Sequence record: SRR20825006_498
Reading direction: 5' to 3' (one strand)
Length of the DNA: 64,000 nucleotides
Shown here: one piece after another, positions 41,239 to 50,505 of the stretch
How the letters are laid out: the number at the start of each line of letters is the position of its first letter
Position numbering within the stretch: the first letter of the stretch is position 1
Translations under genes and position numbers: made by a program
The notes under the pieces: generated by a model
Told to the model about the DNA's origin: nothing
What the model saw: only the letters and a program-made list of their open reading frames with translations
Databases searched by the model: none

Positions 41239-41649
41239 TCAATCGTCGCCGCGAAGCCGCATCAGTTCGCGCCGTTCCTTCTTGGTCGGTCGCCCGGATC
41301 CGGGTATCCGCTGCGCCTGCTCCAAAGCCGTGATCTTTTCACGTGCTTCCGGTGGCGGGCTCACATCTTCATAAAGCAGGCTGGCTTCAGCATAAGGCCC
41401 TCGCCGCGTTCCGGCAGCAGCCACGACCAGGCGCAAATCCCGGCGCTGCAGCGAGACCTCAAGACGATCTCCGACTGTCACCTCAACACTCGGCCGGTAA
41501 ATACGGCTGCCATTCAACCGCACATGGCCATCGCGGATCATTTTCTGAGCCAGCGACCGCGACTTGACGATGCGCGCGAAAAACAACCACTTGTCGGCCC
41601 GTTGACGGCCCGCTCCAACAGGGGTTTCGTTTTCCTGCGCGCCCGCCAT
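41239..41649 (-). CDS. hslR: S4-domain RNA-binding protein (Hsp15)
   Basis: RADKWLFFARIVKSRSLA, GRPTKKERR. Confidence 0.88.
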   Translation of the reverse strand: MAGAQENETPVGAGRQRADKWLFFARIVKSRSLAQKMIRDGHVRLNGSRIYRPSVEVTVGDRLEVSLQRRDLRLVVAAAGTRRGPYAEASLLYEDVSPPPEAREKITALEQAQRIPGSGRPTKKERRELMRLRGDD

Positions 41650-41653
41650 AGCC

Positions 41654-44600
41654 TTACCGTTTCATTTGCGCTTTCAAAGCAGCCAGCTTGGCAAAGGGTG
41701 AGTCCGGATCGACCGGTTTCTCCCGCTCGCGACGCGGTGGTCGCTGCTGCTTGTTGTTATCGCCGGAGCGCTCCTTGCGGGGGCCCTTGCCGCCCTTGTT
41801 GTTATCGCCGTCACCACGCGGTCCGCCACCCTTGCGGCTCTGGTTGCCACGCGGTCTGCCTTCGCCGCGATTGCCACGTGCCTGCTGAGGGCGATTGCGA
41901 TCATTCTGGCTGCGCCCACCCTGACGCCAGAGCAGAACCGGCTTGGGCTCTTCTTCGCTCTGTTCGGCGGCGGCATCCTTTTCAGTCGGTGCAACTGAAT
42001 CCGACGCCGCATCCGGCGTTGTCTCGCCGGCACCAACAGTAACGTCCGGTGTTTCAGCAGTCTCTGCGGTTGCTTCGTCAGCGCCTTCAGCTTTCACCTG
42101 TTCGGACTGTTCGGTAGTCGCGACCTTCTTTGAAACGGTCTCGACTGCAACACCTGCCGGTTTGGCAGCCTGAAGTTTATCGTTATCCCGCTCAGCCTGA
42201 ATAGCCTCGATCTGCGCAACTTCTTCCGGTGAAGCGACATCAGCCCGATATCCAAGGCCTTTCAGAATTTCTTCCATGTCGTCCGGCGTCGCACCAAGAA
42301 TCGACATCATTGCGGGCGTGGTTACAAACCGGCGGCCGTCAAATGCACCTTCCGGACGATGAGCCCCATCTTCCGGTTTCCACTGTGTCAGCGGACGAAT
42401 CAGATCTGCAAGCCGTTCCAGAATATCAATGCGAACTGCGCGCTTGCCAAGAAAACGGAAGCCAGCCAGTTTATAAAATTCGCGCTCGTAGCTCGGATCG
42501 GTCACGACCGAAGTCCGGCCTGCCGCCAGAACAGAGATCAGCTCTCCGTAACCCGGCTTATCAAGACCGTCATTCTTCAGCGCCCAGAGAAGCGTAATCA
42601 GCTCAGCCGGTGCAGGCTTCAAGAGAGCCGGAACGAAGACGTGATAAGCACCGAAGCGCACACCGTAGCGACGAAGTGATGCACGCGCATCCTGATCCAG
42701 TGTTTTCACCTCATTGGCGACATCGCGCCGGAACAGAACGCCAAGGCCTTCAACAAGCTGGAATGCGAGGCCACGGGCCAGACCTTCCAGATCTTCAGCC
42801 ACAGACAGGTCGTCAAGCGGTTTCAGCACCGTCTGGATATGATGATTGACGAAACGTTCGATACGGGCGGCAACGTGATCACGTGCAGCACCCGTCAGCT
42901 GTTCGTCTGCCAGCAGAACGACCCGCGGACGCAGAACATTGTCACCGGCCACCAGCCGGGCAACAGGATCACCGAGCCAGCGGATCGTGCCGGAAGAGTC
43001 CATCACGATATCGCTGTTGCCGGAGGCGTGCAGCCGCGCGGCCCGCGCCTCGAACTCCAGTGCCAGTGCCTTTAGCGACGCCGCTTCTATTGCCTTGGCA
43101 TCGGGACCCTCTGCCCCCGATGCGGCCCTGAAACGGAAGCCCGCCAATTCCCCCACATGATGTCCTTCCACAAAGACATCGCCATTTACGCTTACTTCAG
43201 CTTCAAGCATTGCATTCTCTCTCAGGCGCTTCATCAGCACTGATGTCCTGCGATCAACGAAGCGTTTCGTCAACCTTTCATGCAGGGCATCTGACAGCCG
43301 ATCCTCGATTTTTCGTGTCTTTTCCTGCCAGTGTGTCGGATCGGCAAGCCAACCGGGCCGGTTCGACACATATGTCCAGGTTCTGATTTGGGCGATACGG
43401 GCCGAAAGTGTATCGATCTCACCATCGGTGCGATCCGCATGTCGCACCTGTTTGGCCATATAATCCTCATTGACCGCACCATGCTCGATAATATCGAGAT
43501 AGAGCGAGGCAATCAGTTCGGCATGTTGCGCCGGAGCAATCCGGCGATAGTCTGGCAGAGCGCAGGTCTCCCAGAGCATTTCGATCCGATCCGGACGGTC
43601 AGCCTTGTCGGCGATTTCAGGATTGCGTACCAGAAACTCCAGCGCCCGCTGATCGATGGCAGGCAGAGCGCGTGTCAGGCCCTGAATGCGTGGCACCTCA
43701 TCAAGGCTGTGTCTTAATGCAGAAAGCGTTGAAAAATCCAAAGCCTTCGACCGCCATTGCAGTACACGTACCGGATCAAACGTATGCGTTTCGATTTTTT
43801 CAGTCAGTTCCGCATCGAACGGTGCAACCCGACTGGTCACGCCAAATGTGCCGTCGCGCATGTGTCGACCGGCACGCCCGGCAATCTGCGCCAGTTCACC
43901 GGGATTGAGATTACGGTACTGATGCCCGTCGAATTTCCGGTCCTGTGCAAAAGCGACATGATCGACATCAAGGTTAAGCCCCATGCCAATGGCGTCGGTA
44001 GCGACGAGATATTCAACGTCGCCGTTCTGGTATAGCTCGACCTGTGCATTGCGGGTGCGTGGGCTGAGCGCCCCGAGCACAACAGCTGCACCGCCGCGCT
44101 GTCGACGGATCAGCTCGGCAATTGCATAAACCTCATCGGATGAAAACGCGACAACCGCAGAGCGGCGCGGCAAGCGTGTAATTTTCTTCTGTCCGGCGTA
44201 AATCAACTGCGACATGCGCGGACGCTCGATAACCGAAATGCCCGGCAACATCGCCTGCAGGATCGGCTTCATCGTCGCCGCGCCCAGAAAAAGCGTCTCC
44301 TCGCGACCGCGCAAATGCAGGATACGATCCGTGAAGATGTGACCGCGCTCCAGATCGCCGGCAAGCTGGACCTCATCGATGGCGGCAAAGGCAACATCGG
44401 CTTCGCGCGGCATAGCCTCGACAGTGCAAACACTGTAGCGCGCCTTTGGCGGAGCGATTTTCTCCTCGCCGGTAATCAATGCAACATTATTGACGCCGAC
44501 GCGCTCGACCAGACGGCCATAAACCTCGCGCGCAAGCAGGCGCAACGGTAGGCCAATCACGCCGGATGAGTGCGCCACCATGCGCTCGATGGCATAATGG

Positions 44601-44659
44601 GTTTTTCCGGTATTGGTCGGACCGAGCATCGCGGTTACGCCGCGACCGCTCAAGATCAT
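41654..44659 (-). CDS. SUV3-like SF2 helicase (MgpS-like)
   Basis: GPTNTGKT, PLRLLARE, IDEVQ, ATDAIGMGLN, QIAGRAGR; low-complexity acidic then basic tail; start uncertain (44659-44728). Confidence 0.9.
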   Translation of the reverse strand: MILSGRGVTAMLGPTNTGKTHYAIERMVAHSSGVIGLPLRLLAREVYGRLVERVGVNNVALITGEEKIAPPKARYSVCTVEAMPREADVAFAAIDEVQLAGDLERGHIFTDRILHLRGREETLFLGAATMKPILQAMLPGISVIERPRMSQLIYAGQKKITRLPRRSAVVAFSSDEVYAIAELIRRQRGGAAVVLGALSPRTRNAQVELYQNGDVEYLVATDAIGMGLNLDVDHVAFAQDRKFDGHQYRNLNPGELAQIAGRAGRHMRDGTFGVTSRVAPFDAELTEKIETHTFDPVRVLQWRSKALDFSTLSALRHSLDEVPRIQGLTRALPAIDQRALEFLVRNPEIADKADRPDRIEMLWETCALPDYRRIAPAQHAELIASLYLDIIEHGAVNEDYMAKQVRHADRTDGEIDTLSARIAQIRTWTYVSNRPGWLADPTHWQEKTRKIEDRLSDALHERLTKRFVDRRTSVLMKRLRENAMLEAEVSVNGDVFVEGHHVGELAGFRFRAASGAEGPDAKAIEAASLKALALEFEARAARLHASGNSDIVMDSSGTIRWLGDPVARLVAGDNVLRPRVVLLADEQLTGAARDHVAARIERFVNHHIQTVLKPLDDLSVAEDLEGLARGLAFQLVEGLGVLFRRDVANEVKTLDQDARASLRRYGVRFGAYHVFVPALLKPAPAELITLLWALKNDGLDKPGYGELISVLAAGRTSVVTDPSYEREFYKLAGFRFLGKRAVRIDILERLADLIRPLTQWKPEDGAHRPEGAFDGRRFVTTPAMMSILGATPDDMEEILKGLGYRADVASPEEVAQIEAIQAERDNDKLQAAKPAGVAVETVSKKVATTEQSEQVKAEGADEATAETAETPDVTVGAGETTPDAASDSVAPTEKDAAAEQSEEEPKPVLLWRQGGRSQNDRNRPQQARGNRGEGRPRGNQSRKGGGPRGDGDNNKGGKGPRKERSGDNNKQQRPPRREREKPVDPDSPFAKLAALKAQMKR

Positions 44660-44880
44660 TGCGCGTGCATTCAATGTCCCGGTCCCAAATTCCTGCAGCC
44701 AGGGCCAAATCGCCTGCCCCCGGCCCATGCTTCATGTTTTCAGTTTCCGTCGGCTAAATTCCCAAATCCTCCGGAAGCGAACGTTGGCTTTATAAATGGC
44801 TTGCGACGATGCTGCAAGCAAGGAACAAACAAGATTTCGAGCTGGCTCATCAGCCATCTGTTAAGATTTGGAACAGACGC

Positions 44881-45034
44881 GAACGAATCAAAGACGAATC
44901 GCTGACACCGCGAATTTCCCGTTTTGTTCACGGCTATATTTTGCTGCATCAGCAATATCTGGCACTACATATGGATTTTCAAAACGCCGATATTCGAGAT
45001 AGCATACCTCAGCAAGTCGCTGACGTTAACCTTT
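44881..45034. repeat. Copy 1 of a duplicated regulatory element
   Basis: 44881-44931 matches 46559-46609 at 44/51 ungapped; shared CGTTAACCTTT at 45024 and 46692. Confidence 0.85.
44931..44977. promoter_or_regulatory. Tandem NrdR-box-like sites
   Basis: CGGCTATATTTTGCTG (44931) and GCACTACATATGGATT (44962), 31 bp apart; consensus acaCwAtATaTwGtgt. Confidence 0.5.
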
Positions 45035-45074
45035 CTTGACAGACCGTTAACGGCCATCGGGCGAGGCTTTCGAT

Positions 45075-45911
45075 TCAGCCGGGCACGAGCCCCGCCTCGC
45101 GCAACGCCGGAAGATATGTCCGGCTGACCGGCAGGCGTGTACCTGCCTGCGTAACAACCAGAACCTTGCCCTCTTCCCGGTTGATTTCGGTGATGGCATC
45201 AAGTGCTACCCAGTGCGAACGGTGGATGCGAAGGCCTTTGACGGGCGCCGTCTCATCGATGGCGTCTTTCAGGCGCATCAGCATCATTTCCCGTCCGCCA
45301 GTGGTGACAACATCAATATAATGATCACTGACGCTGATCGAGATCAGGCGGCCACGCTTTTGCAGCGGAAGGCGCGCAACAAGGCGAGGCGTTGCGCGTT
45401 CGCCATCGCCTGACGTTGCCTCCCGGCTCTCTTCCCGCGCTGCCGTCTTTTCGTTATCATCGCCAAGGAGCATCATGGCTGCAACGACCGCGGCCGCGAT
45501 CAAAAAGGCATGATAGACGGTTGAAAAAAGACTGGCGGGGAAAATAGCATCCCGCCCCGAAACAAGAAGTGTTACCGGAATGACAGCAATTGTGCTGGCA
45601 CTACCGGCAGCAAATGTGACGAGAACAAAACGCAGCAGCGGCGAGACTTTTCGCGCACGCAGATGCCAACTCGTCCAGAGACCGAAAAAATGCGCGGCGC
45701 TGTAGGTAAGGATCACCACGGCCATCCAGTAGGCCAGCCTTTTTACAAAGGCGAATTCGCCCATCGTTCCGAACGGCCCGGACCAGGCCAGAACCAGAAT
45801 AACTATGCCGATGAGACCATATGTACGCCATCTGGAAAAATCGCGACGCATTTCGCGAAGCGTGAACTGCAAACCACTGCGGGTCACGAAGTTTTCAGGC
45901 GTTTCATTCAT
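45075..45911 (-). CDS. Membrane-anchored LytTR-domain regulator
   Basis: Four N-terminal TM helices; SDHYIDV, GLRIHRSHWVA, LPVSRTY. Confidence 0.9.
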   Translation of the reverse strand: MNETPENFVTRSGLQFTLREMRRDFSRWRTYGLIGIVILVLAWSGPFGTMGEFAFVKRLAYWMAVVILTYSAAHFFGLWTSWHLRARKVSPLLRFVLVTFAAGSASTIAVIPVTLLVSGRDAIFPASLFSTVYHAFLIAAAVVAAMMLLGDDNEKTAAREESREATSGDGERATPRLVARLPLQKRGRLISISVSDHYIDVVTTGGREMMLMRLKDAIDETAPVKGLRIHRSHWVALDAITEINREEGKVLVVTQAGTRLPVSRTYLPALREAGLVPG

Positions 45912-45991
45912 GTCAGCTTTTCAAAAACTCAATCGGGCTTCATTCAGGGCCGCAGGTTATCGCGTCCAAAAAACGAAAGGAAGACGGGTCA

Positions 45992-46495
45992 ATGGATATG
46001 ATCATTTCAATCATTGAAGGCACACCGATCTATGTCTGGGTCATTCTGGTGGTTCTGATCCTGCGCGGGCTCAAACAGTTTAAAACCCGTGAAGTGCATC
46101 AGTACGCCCTGGTCATCATACCGGCATTGTTTATGGTTCTGGCAATCCACCGGCTCGTAACACTGGATTACGCTGCCGCAGCAGCAGCCGGACTGTTATT
46201 CGGCGCGCTGGCAGGCGCTGGTCTGGTCCTGGCCATACGCCCTCAGCGCCGCCTGGAAAGAGCCGGTGATAAGACCGTGCGCATCGCAGGGGAATGGCAC
46301 ACGCTGGCCATGATCTTGACTCTCTTCGCTGCCCTTTACGTGCAGAATGCCGGGCTGGCGGTCAATCCCGACCTCGGCACACACCCGGTGTTCATGGCTT
46401 CGGTTAACTTCTTTGTTGGACTGGCAACAGGCTTTTCGGTGACCCGATCCGCCGCCTATCTTCACAAGGCCCGTTCTGTCCTGAACGAAATCTGA
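45992..46495 (+). CDS. Multi-TM membrane protein (DUF6622/CcdC-like)
   Basis: TPIYVW start, about five hydrophobic helices; divergent from the LytTR gene. Confidence 0.7.
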   Translation: MDMIISIIEGTPIYVWVILVVLILRGLKQFKTREVHQYALVIIPALFMVLAIHRLVTLDYAAAAAAGLLFGALAGAGLVLAIRPQRRLERAGDKTVRIAGEWHTLAMILTLFAALYVQNAGLAVNPDLGTHPVFMASVNFFVGLATGFSVTRSAAYLHKARSVLNEI

Positions 46496-46501
46496 GATAT
46501 C

Positions 46502-46529
46502 CGGCTATGCGGCGAAACCCGCATAGCCG
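46502..46529 (+). terminator. Hairpin after the membrane-protein gene
   Basis: CGGCTATGCGG-CGAAAC-CCGCATAGCCG; no clear U-tail. Confidence 0.55.
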
Positions 46530-46558
46530 CCCGGAAATTAACTTTCGGGCCAAAGCCG

Positions 46559-46702
46559 GAACGAATCAGAGACGAATCGCTTACACAGCAATATTCCTGT
46601 TTTGTTCACCACTAGATATAGCGCATTATCTTTTTGTAAACCATATTTTTCAAGGGTTTAGATAAAACGGAAGGCGATCTCGCAGCCTGTGCGTTAACCT
46701 TT
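46559..46702. repeat. Copy 2 of the duplicated regulatory element
   Basis: GAACGAATCAGAGACGAATCGC...GTTTTGTTCAC then NrdR-like CCACTAGATATAGCGC. Confidence 0.85.
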
Positions 46703-46729
46703 TGCATGTCACCTCGAAGACACGGCTTC

Positions 46730-46755
46730 GGAACCCATACGGCACTTGATGCGTT
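46730..46755 (+). promoter_or_regulatory. EcfG/RpoE2-type promoter
   Basis: GGAAC-N17-CGTT, 34 bp upstream of the DUF3309 gene. Confidence 0.75.
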
Positions 46756-46789
46756 GTAATGGCAATGTCATCAAAGGGAGACGGCCGCC

Positions 46790-46945
46790 ATGCTCGGTAC
46801 GATACTGCTCATCATCCTCATCCTGCTTCTGATCGGCGCCTTGCCACGCTGGGGTTACTCGACCAGCTGGGGTTATGGCCCGTCCGGCGGTCTGGGCCTT
46901 GTTCTTCTGATCGTCATCATCCTGCTTCTGCTGGGTTACATCTGA
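46790..46945 (+). CDS. DUF3309-family small membrane protein, 51 aa (absent from the ORF track)
   Basis: MLGTILLIILILLLIGALPRWGYSTSWGYGPSGGLGLVLLIVIILLLLGYI; AGGGAG RBS. Confidence 0.9.
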   Translation: MLGTILLIILILLLIGALPRWGYSTSWGYGPSGGLGLVLLIVIILLLLGYI

Positions 46946-46963
46946 TAGGAAGGAGTGAACATC

Positions 46964-47149
46964 ATGAGAAAAGCTGTTCTTGCCATTGCCTGCATCCTGC
47001 CATTGGCAGCCTGCACGACGACAGAACGTAACACGGCCATTGGCGCGGGTGCCGGTGCTGCCGTCGGTGGCGTGGCGACCAACAGTGTTGCCGGTGCGGC
47101 TGTCGGCGGCGTTGCCGGCGGCGCTTTGGGCGCGATGTCTGCACGCTGA
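46964..47149 (+). CDS. Small glycine-zipper lipoprotein
   Basis: Lipobox LAAC, GAGAGAAVGG...GAAVGGVAGGALG; AAGGAG RBS. Confidence 0.85.
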   Translation: MRKAVLAIACILPLAACTTTERNTAIGAGAGAAVGGVATNSVAGAAVGGVAGGALGAMSAR

Positions 47150-47167
47150 TACCGCCACAGTGAAGCC

Positions 47168-47214
47168 GAAAAAATAAAGCGTCGCGACCTTCTCCAAGGA
47201 TGCGGCGCTTTTTC
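47168..47214. terminator. Bidirectional terminator
   Basis: AAAGCGTCGC...GCGGCGCTTT hairpin flanked by A and T runs between convergent genes. Confidence 0.7.
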
Positions 47215-47244
47215 AAGATTCATAATAAAAGCGGGCTTTTGGGG

Positions 47245-48429
47245 TCAGTCTGCGCGTTCGACACACATGGCAATGCCCATGCCGCCGCCAATGCAGAGCG
47301 TGACAAGCCCTTTGCGGGCGTCACGGCGCTGCATTTCATAAAGCAGGGTTGTCAGAACACGGGCACCAGACGCCCCGATAGGGTGACCGATGGCAATTGC
47401 ACCGCCATTCACGTTCACCTTTTCCGGATCAAGGTCCAGATCGCGCAAAACCGCACAGGATTGCGCTGCAAAAGCTTCGTTCGCTTCGATGAGATCGAGC
47501 GCATCAACCGTCCACCCCGCTCTGGCCAGCGCCTTGCGCGAAGCCGGGATCGGGCCCGTCCCCATGACTTGCGGGTCCACACCGGCCGTTGCCCAGGATA
47601 CGATCCGCGCCAGCGGTGTAATCCCGCGCCTTTCAGCATTATCAGCAGTCGTCAGCACCAGTGCGGCCGCACCGTCATTAATGCCGGATGCGTTGCCAGC
47701 CGTTACGGTTCCACCCTGCATGAAAGCCGGGCGCAAGCGTTCAAGACCCTCCAGTGTCATACCATCTCGAATGTCCTCATCCTGATCAACAACAACTTCA
47801 GATTTTCGGTGCATGACGGTAATCGGCGCGATTTCATCGGAAAACCGTCCGGCAGCCCGCGCTGCCTCCGCCTTGCTTTGCGAGCGCAGAGCAAACTGGT
47901 CCTGATCTTTCCTGCTCAAACTCCAGCGCTCGGCAATGTTTTCTGCCGTGGTCCCCATGTGGTAACCATAAAACGCATCGGTCAGGCCATCCAGCAGCAT
48001 GGTATCTGTGAGTGTGCGGTCTCCCATTTTCGCAGCGGCACGCAAATACGCACAGTGCGGCGCAAGCGACATCGACTCTTGCCCCCCTGCCACAACAATA
48101 TCAGCATCTCCCGTCGCAACCTGCTGCATACCAAGAGCAACGGCCCGCAGCCCCGAACCACACAACTGGTTGATCCCAAAGGCCGTCTTTTCCGCTGGAA
48201 GACCGGCTGCCATAGCCGCCTGCCGCGCCGGATTCTGCCCCTGCCCCGCAGTCAGAACCTGCCCCATGATCGCTTCATCCACCTCGTCAGGCGCAAGACC
48301 GGCGCGCTGGAGCGCTGCGGCAATTGCAGCAGCACCCAGTTCATGCGCCGGGACACTTGCAAAGGCACCGTTGAAGCTGCCAACCGGCGTACGCGCAGCG
48401 CTGGCGATTACGATTTCACGATATTTCAT
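47245..48429 (-). CDS. phaA: Acetyl-CoA C-acetyltransferase (beta-ketothiolase)
   Basis: [31 protein letters not shown]; divergent from phaR. Confidence 0.92.
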   Translation of the reverse strand: MKYREIVIASAARTPVGSFNGAFASVPAHELGAAAIAAALQRAGLAPDEVDEAIMGQVLTAGQGQNPARQAAMAAGLPAEKTAFGINQLCGSGLRAVALGMQQVATGDADIVVAGGQESMSLAPHCAYLRAAAKMGDRTLTDTMLLDGLTDAFYGYHMGTTAENIAERWSLSRKDQDQFALRSQSKAEAARAAGRFSDEIAPITVMHRKSEVVVDQDEDIRDGMTLEGLERLRPAFMQGGTVTAGNASGINDGAAALVLTTADNAERRGITPLARIVSWATAGVDPQVMGTGPIPASRKALARAGWTVDALDLIEANEAFAAQSCAVLRDLDLDPEKVNVNGGAIAIGHPIGASGARVLTTLLYEMQRRDARKGLVTLCIGGGMGIAMCVERAD

Positions 48430-48454
48430 TCCTGTCCTCCGGCCCGATAGCGGC

Positions 48455-48580
48455 GATGACTTTGCAAGCACTGCCACACGAAGTCAAACCTGCAGTTGCA
48501 GTTGCTGTAGCCCGGAGCAACAATTCCCGATGTTGCACCGCCACGGCACAGAGCACCACAGCGTTGCAATGCGACAAAAA
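48455..48580. promoter_or_regulatory. TGC/GCA-rich tract, probable PhaR sites
   Basis: TTGCAAGCA, CTGCAGTTGCAGTTGC, TTGCACCGC, TTGCAATGCG between phaA and phaR. Confidence 0.45.
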
Positions 48581-48694
48581 TATTGTCTGAAAGCAGGTTT
48601 TGCGGTTAGATCATCCACGGGAAGAGGAATTCATTTGAAATAACGTGATTTTCGGGAAGAGACCAAATCAGGAAAATCGCGGGGAGGATCAAAC

Positions 48695-49243
48695 ATGCGC
48701 ATGCGCAAGGGTGCAACCGCTATCAAGAAGTACGCAAACCGTCGCCTCTACAATACCGGCACGAGCACCTATGTAACGCTCGATGATCTGGCTGAAATGG
48801 TAAAAAGCGGCGAAGATTTCAGCGTAACCGACGCCAAAACCGGCGGCGACATCACACATACCGTCCTGACCCAGATCATTTTCGAGCAGGAAGCAAAATC
48901 CGATCAGGGCATTCTGCCGGTTTCGTTCCTGCGTGAACTGATCAGTTATTATGGCGATCAGATGCAGGCAATGCTGCCGGGCTTCCTTGACAATGCCATG
49001 AAGGCTTTTGCCGAACAGCAGGCGCATATGCGCGAGCAAATGGACAAGGCTCTCTACGAACCCCCGCGAAGCAACATACCCCACGATTTGAAAGAGGAAA
49101 CGCCGCATAGCCATGGCGTTTTTTATGCTGGCAGGCGAAATGGTTCAGAACACGAAGAACGCGGAGATACCGCTATCGCCGGCGAACTGAACGATCTGCG
49201 CGTTCAGCTGCGCGCCCTTCAGGATCGCATAGATAATCTGTAG
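48695..49243 (+). CDS. phaR: PHA synthesis repressor
   Basis: IKKYANRRLYNTGTSTYVTL, DITHTVLTQIIFEQE. Confidence 0.92.
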   Translation: MRMRKGATAIKKYANRRLYNTGTSTYVTLDDLAEMVKSGEDFSVTDAKTGGDITHTVLTQIIFEQEAKSDQGILPVSFLRELISYYGDQMQAMLPGFLDNAMKAFAEQQAHMREQMDKALYEPPRSNIPHDLKEETPHSHGVFYAGRRNGSEHEERGDTAIAGELNDLRVQLRALQDRIDNL

Positions 49244-49337
49244 GAACGCGGGCAGGCTTTCATTCAAGACCCTCGGTGGGTGCGCGAAAGAGCAATCCCG
49301 AGGATCTAGAACACGAATTGCAATGCCGTTCAGACAA

Positions 49338-49366
49338 CAAAAAGCCGGGCGCAAGGCCCGGCCTTA
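49338..49366 (-). terminator. Intrinsic terminator after rpmF
   Basis: GCCGGGC-GCAAG-GCCCGGC with T-run on the minus strand. Confidence 0.7.
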
Positions 49367-49409
49367 TAAAGCTTGATGTTCGGTTTCCACCGAAAATCCA
49401 GGATCGCGC

Positions 49410-49595
49410 TTATGCGCTTTCCTTCGGCGTAAGAACCTGACGGCCACGATACATACCGGATTTCAGGTCGATATGATGCGGGCGGCGCAGTTCGCCGGAA
49501 TTCTTGTCTTCGACATAGGTCGGGTTCTTCAAAGCGTCTGAAGCACGGCGCATACCGCGCTTGGACGGGGTCGTTTTTCTTTTCGGTACAGCCAT
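49410..49595 (-). CDS. rpmF: 50S ribosomal protein L32
   Basis: [17 protein letters not shown]...RPHHID...GMYRGRQV. Confidence 0.96.
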   Translation of the reverse strand: MAVPKRKTTPSKRGMRRASDALKNPTYVEDKNSGELRRPHHIDLKSGMYRGRQVLTPKESA

Positions 49596-49779
49596 TGTAC
49601 TACTCCACTAGCGGCAAGACCTGATATCCGGCGGGCATATCCACCGCGTAATCGATCTTGGAATACGAGGAAATTTGGCGCGCTTATACAGAGCTTCCGG
49701 CCATTTGGCCAGTCCCCCTACCCTTTTTTTGGCTCAAACGTCATTTTTTTGAACCAACCGCCATTTCCCGCTCTCTCTA

Positions 49780-50427
49780 TCAGGCTTCGTCTTCCGGCAC
49801 AATCCAGCTTTCAGCCAAAGCGCCATCCCGCCAACGCTGAAACGCCGGGAGGCTTTTCACTGCCTCCATATAGGCCAGACTGTCGTGAGAATCGGTCAGC
49901 TCATAGATTTCGAGACGATTGACAACCGGGGCGAACATGGCATCGGCAGCAGAGAACCTTCCAAAAAGAAACGGGCCGCCGGAACGTTCCCGCGTTTCGC
50001 GCCAGATTGTTTCGATTCGCCGGACATCGGACTTCACGGCGTCGGAAACATCAAGTGGGGCTGGTTTGCGTCGCATATTCATCGGACACGCACCGCGCAA
50101 AGCAGAAAAGCCGGAATGCATTTCGGCTGAGAGCGCTCGCGCGACTGCGCGCTCCGCCCGATCTTCCGGCCACAGCGCTGCTTCCGGGTAAAGCTCTGCG
50201 ACATATTCGATGATCGCCAGCGACTCGGTCAGAACCAGCTTGCCGTGGTGAAGCACCGGCACCCGCCCGACATCCGAAACCTCGAAGAATCGTGGATTTC
50301 CCGCCGGAAAATCGAACGGTATCAGTACTTCCTTGAACGGAATACCCGCAACTTCCATTGCCAGCCATGGGCGCAGCGACCATGAGGAGTAGTTCTTGTT
50401 ACCGATGTAAAGCGTCAGATCGCGCAT
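49780..50427 (-). CDS. Glutathione S-transferase family protein
   Basis: IGNKNYSSWSLRPWL, ESLAIIEY, AEMHSGF, ADAMFAPV. Confidence 0.92.
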   Translation of the reverse strand: MRDLTLYIGNKNYSSWSLRPWLAMEVAGIPFKEVLIPFDFPAGNPRFFEVSDVGRVPVLHHGKLVLTESLAIIEYVAELYPEAALWPEDRAERAVARALSAEMHSGFSALRGACPMNMRRKPAPLDVSDAVKSDVRRIETIWRETRERSGGPFLFGRFSAADAMFAPVVNRLEIYELTDSHDSLAYMEAVKSLPAFQRWRDGALAESWIVPEDEA

Positions 50428-50505
50428 TGGAGTTCTCTCCTGCTTGGCTTGAAACGCCAAAGCTATGCTGAGTGCTGGCAGAAAAGCCAGTTCTTTCCGT
50501 CTATA

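Noticed and set aside
41660..42200. Low-complexity acidic and Arg/Gly-rich coding tract
   Set aside because: Disordered helicase C-terminal tail; frame intact
44870..44884. GAAC...GAAC as a possible LexA box
   Set aside because: Spacer is 6 nt rather than the 7 nt of the alphaproteobacterial GAAC-N7-GAAC box
49410..49595. L32 without zinc-ribbon cysteines
   Set aside because: Usual form in Rhizobiales
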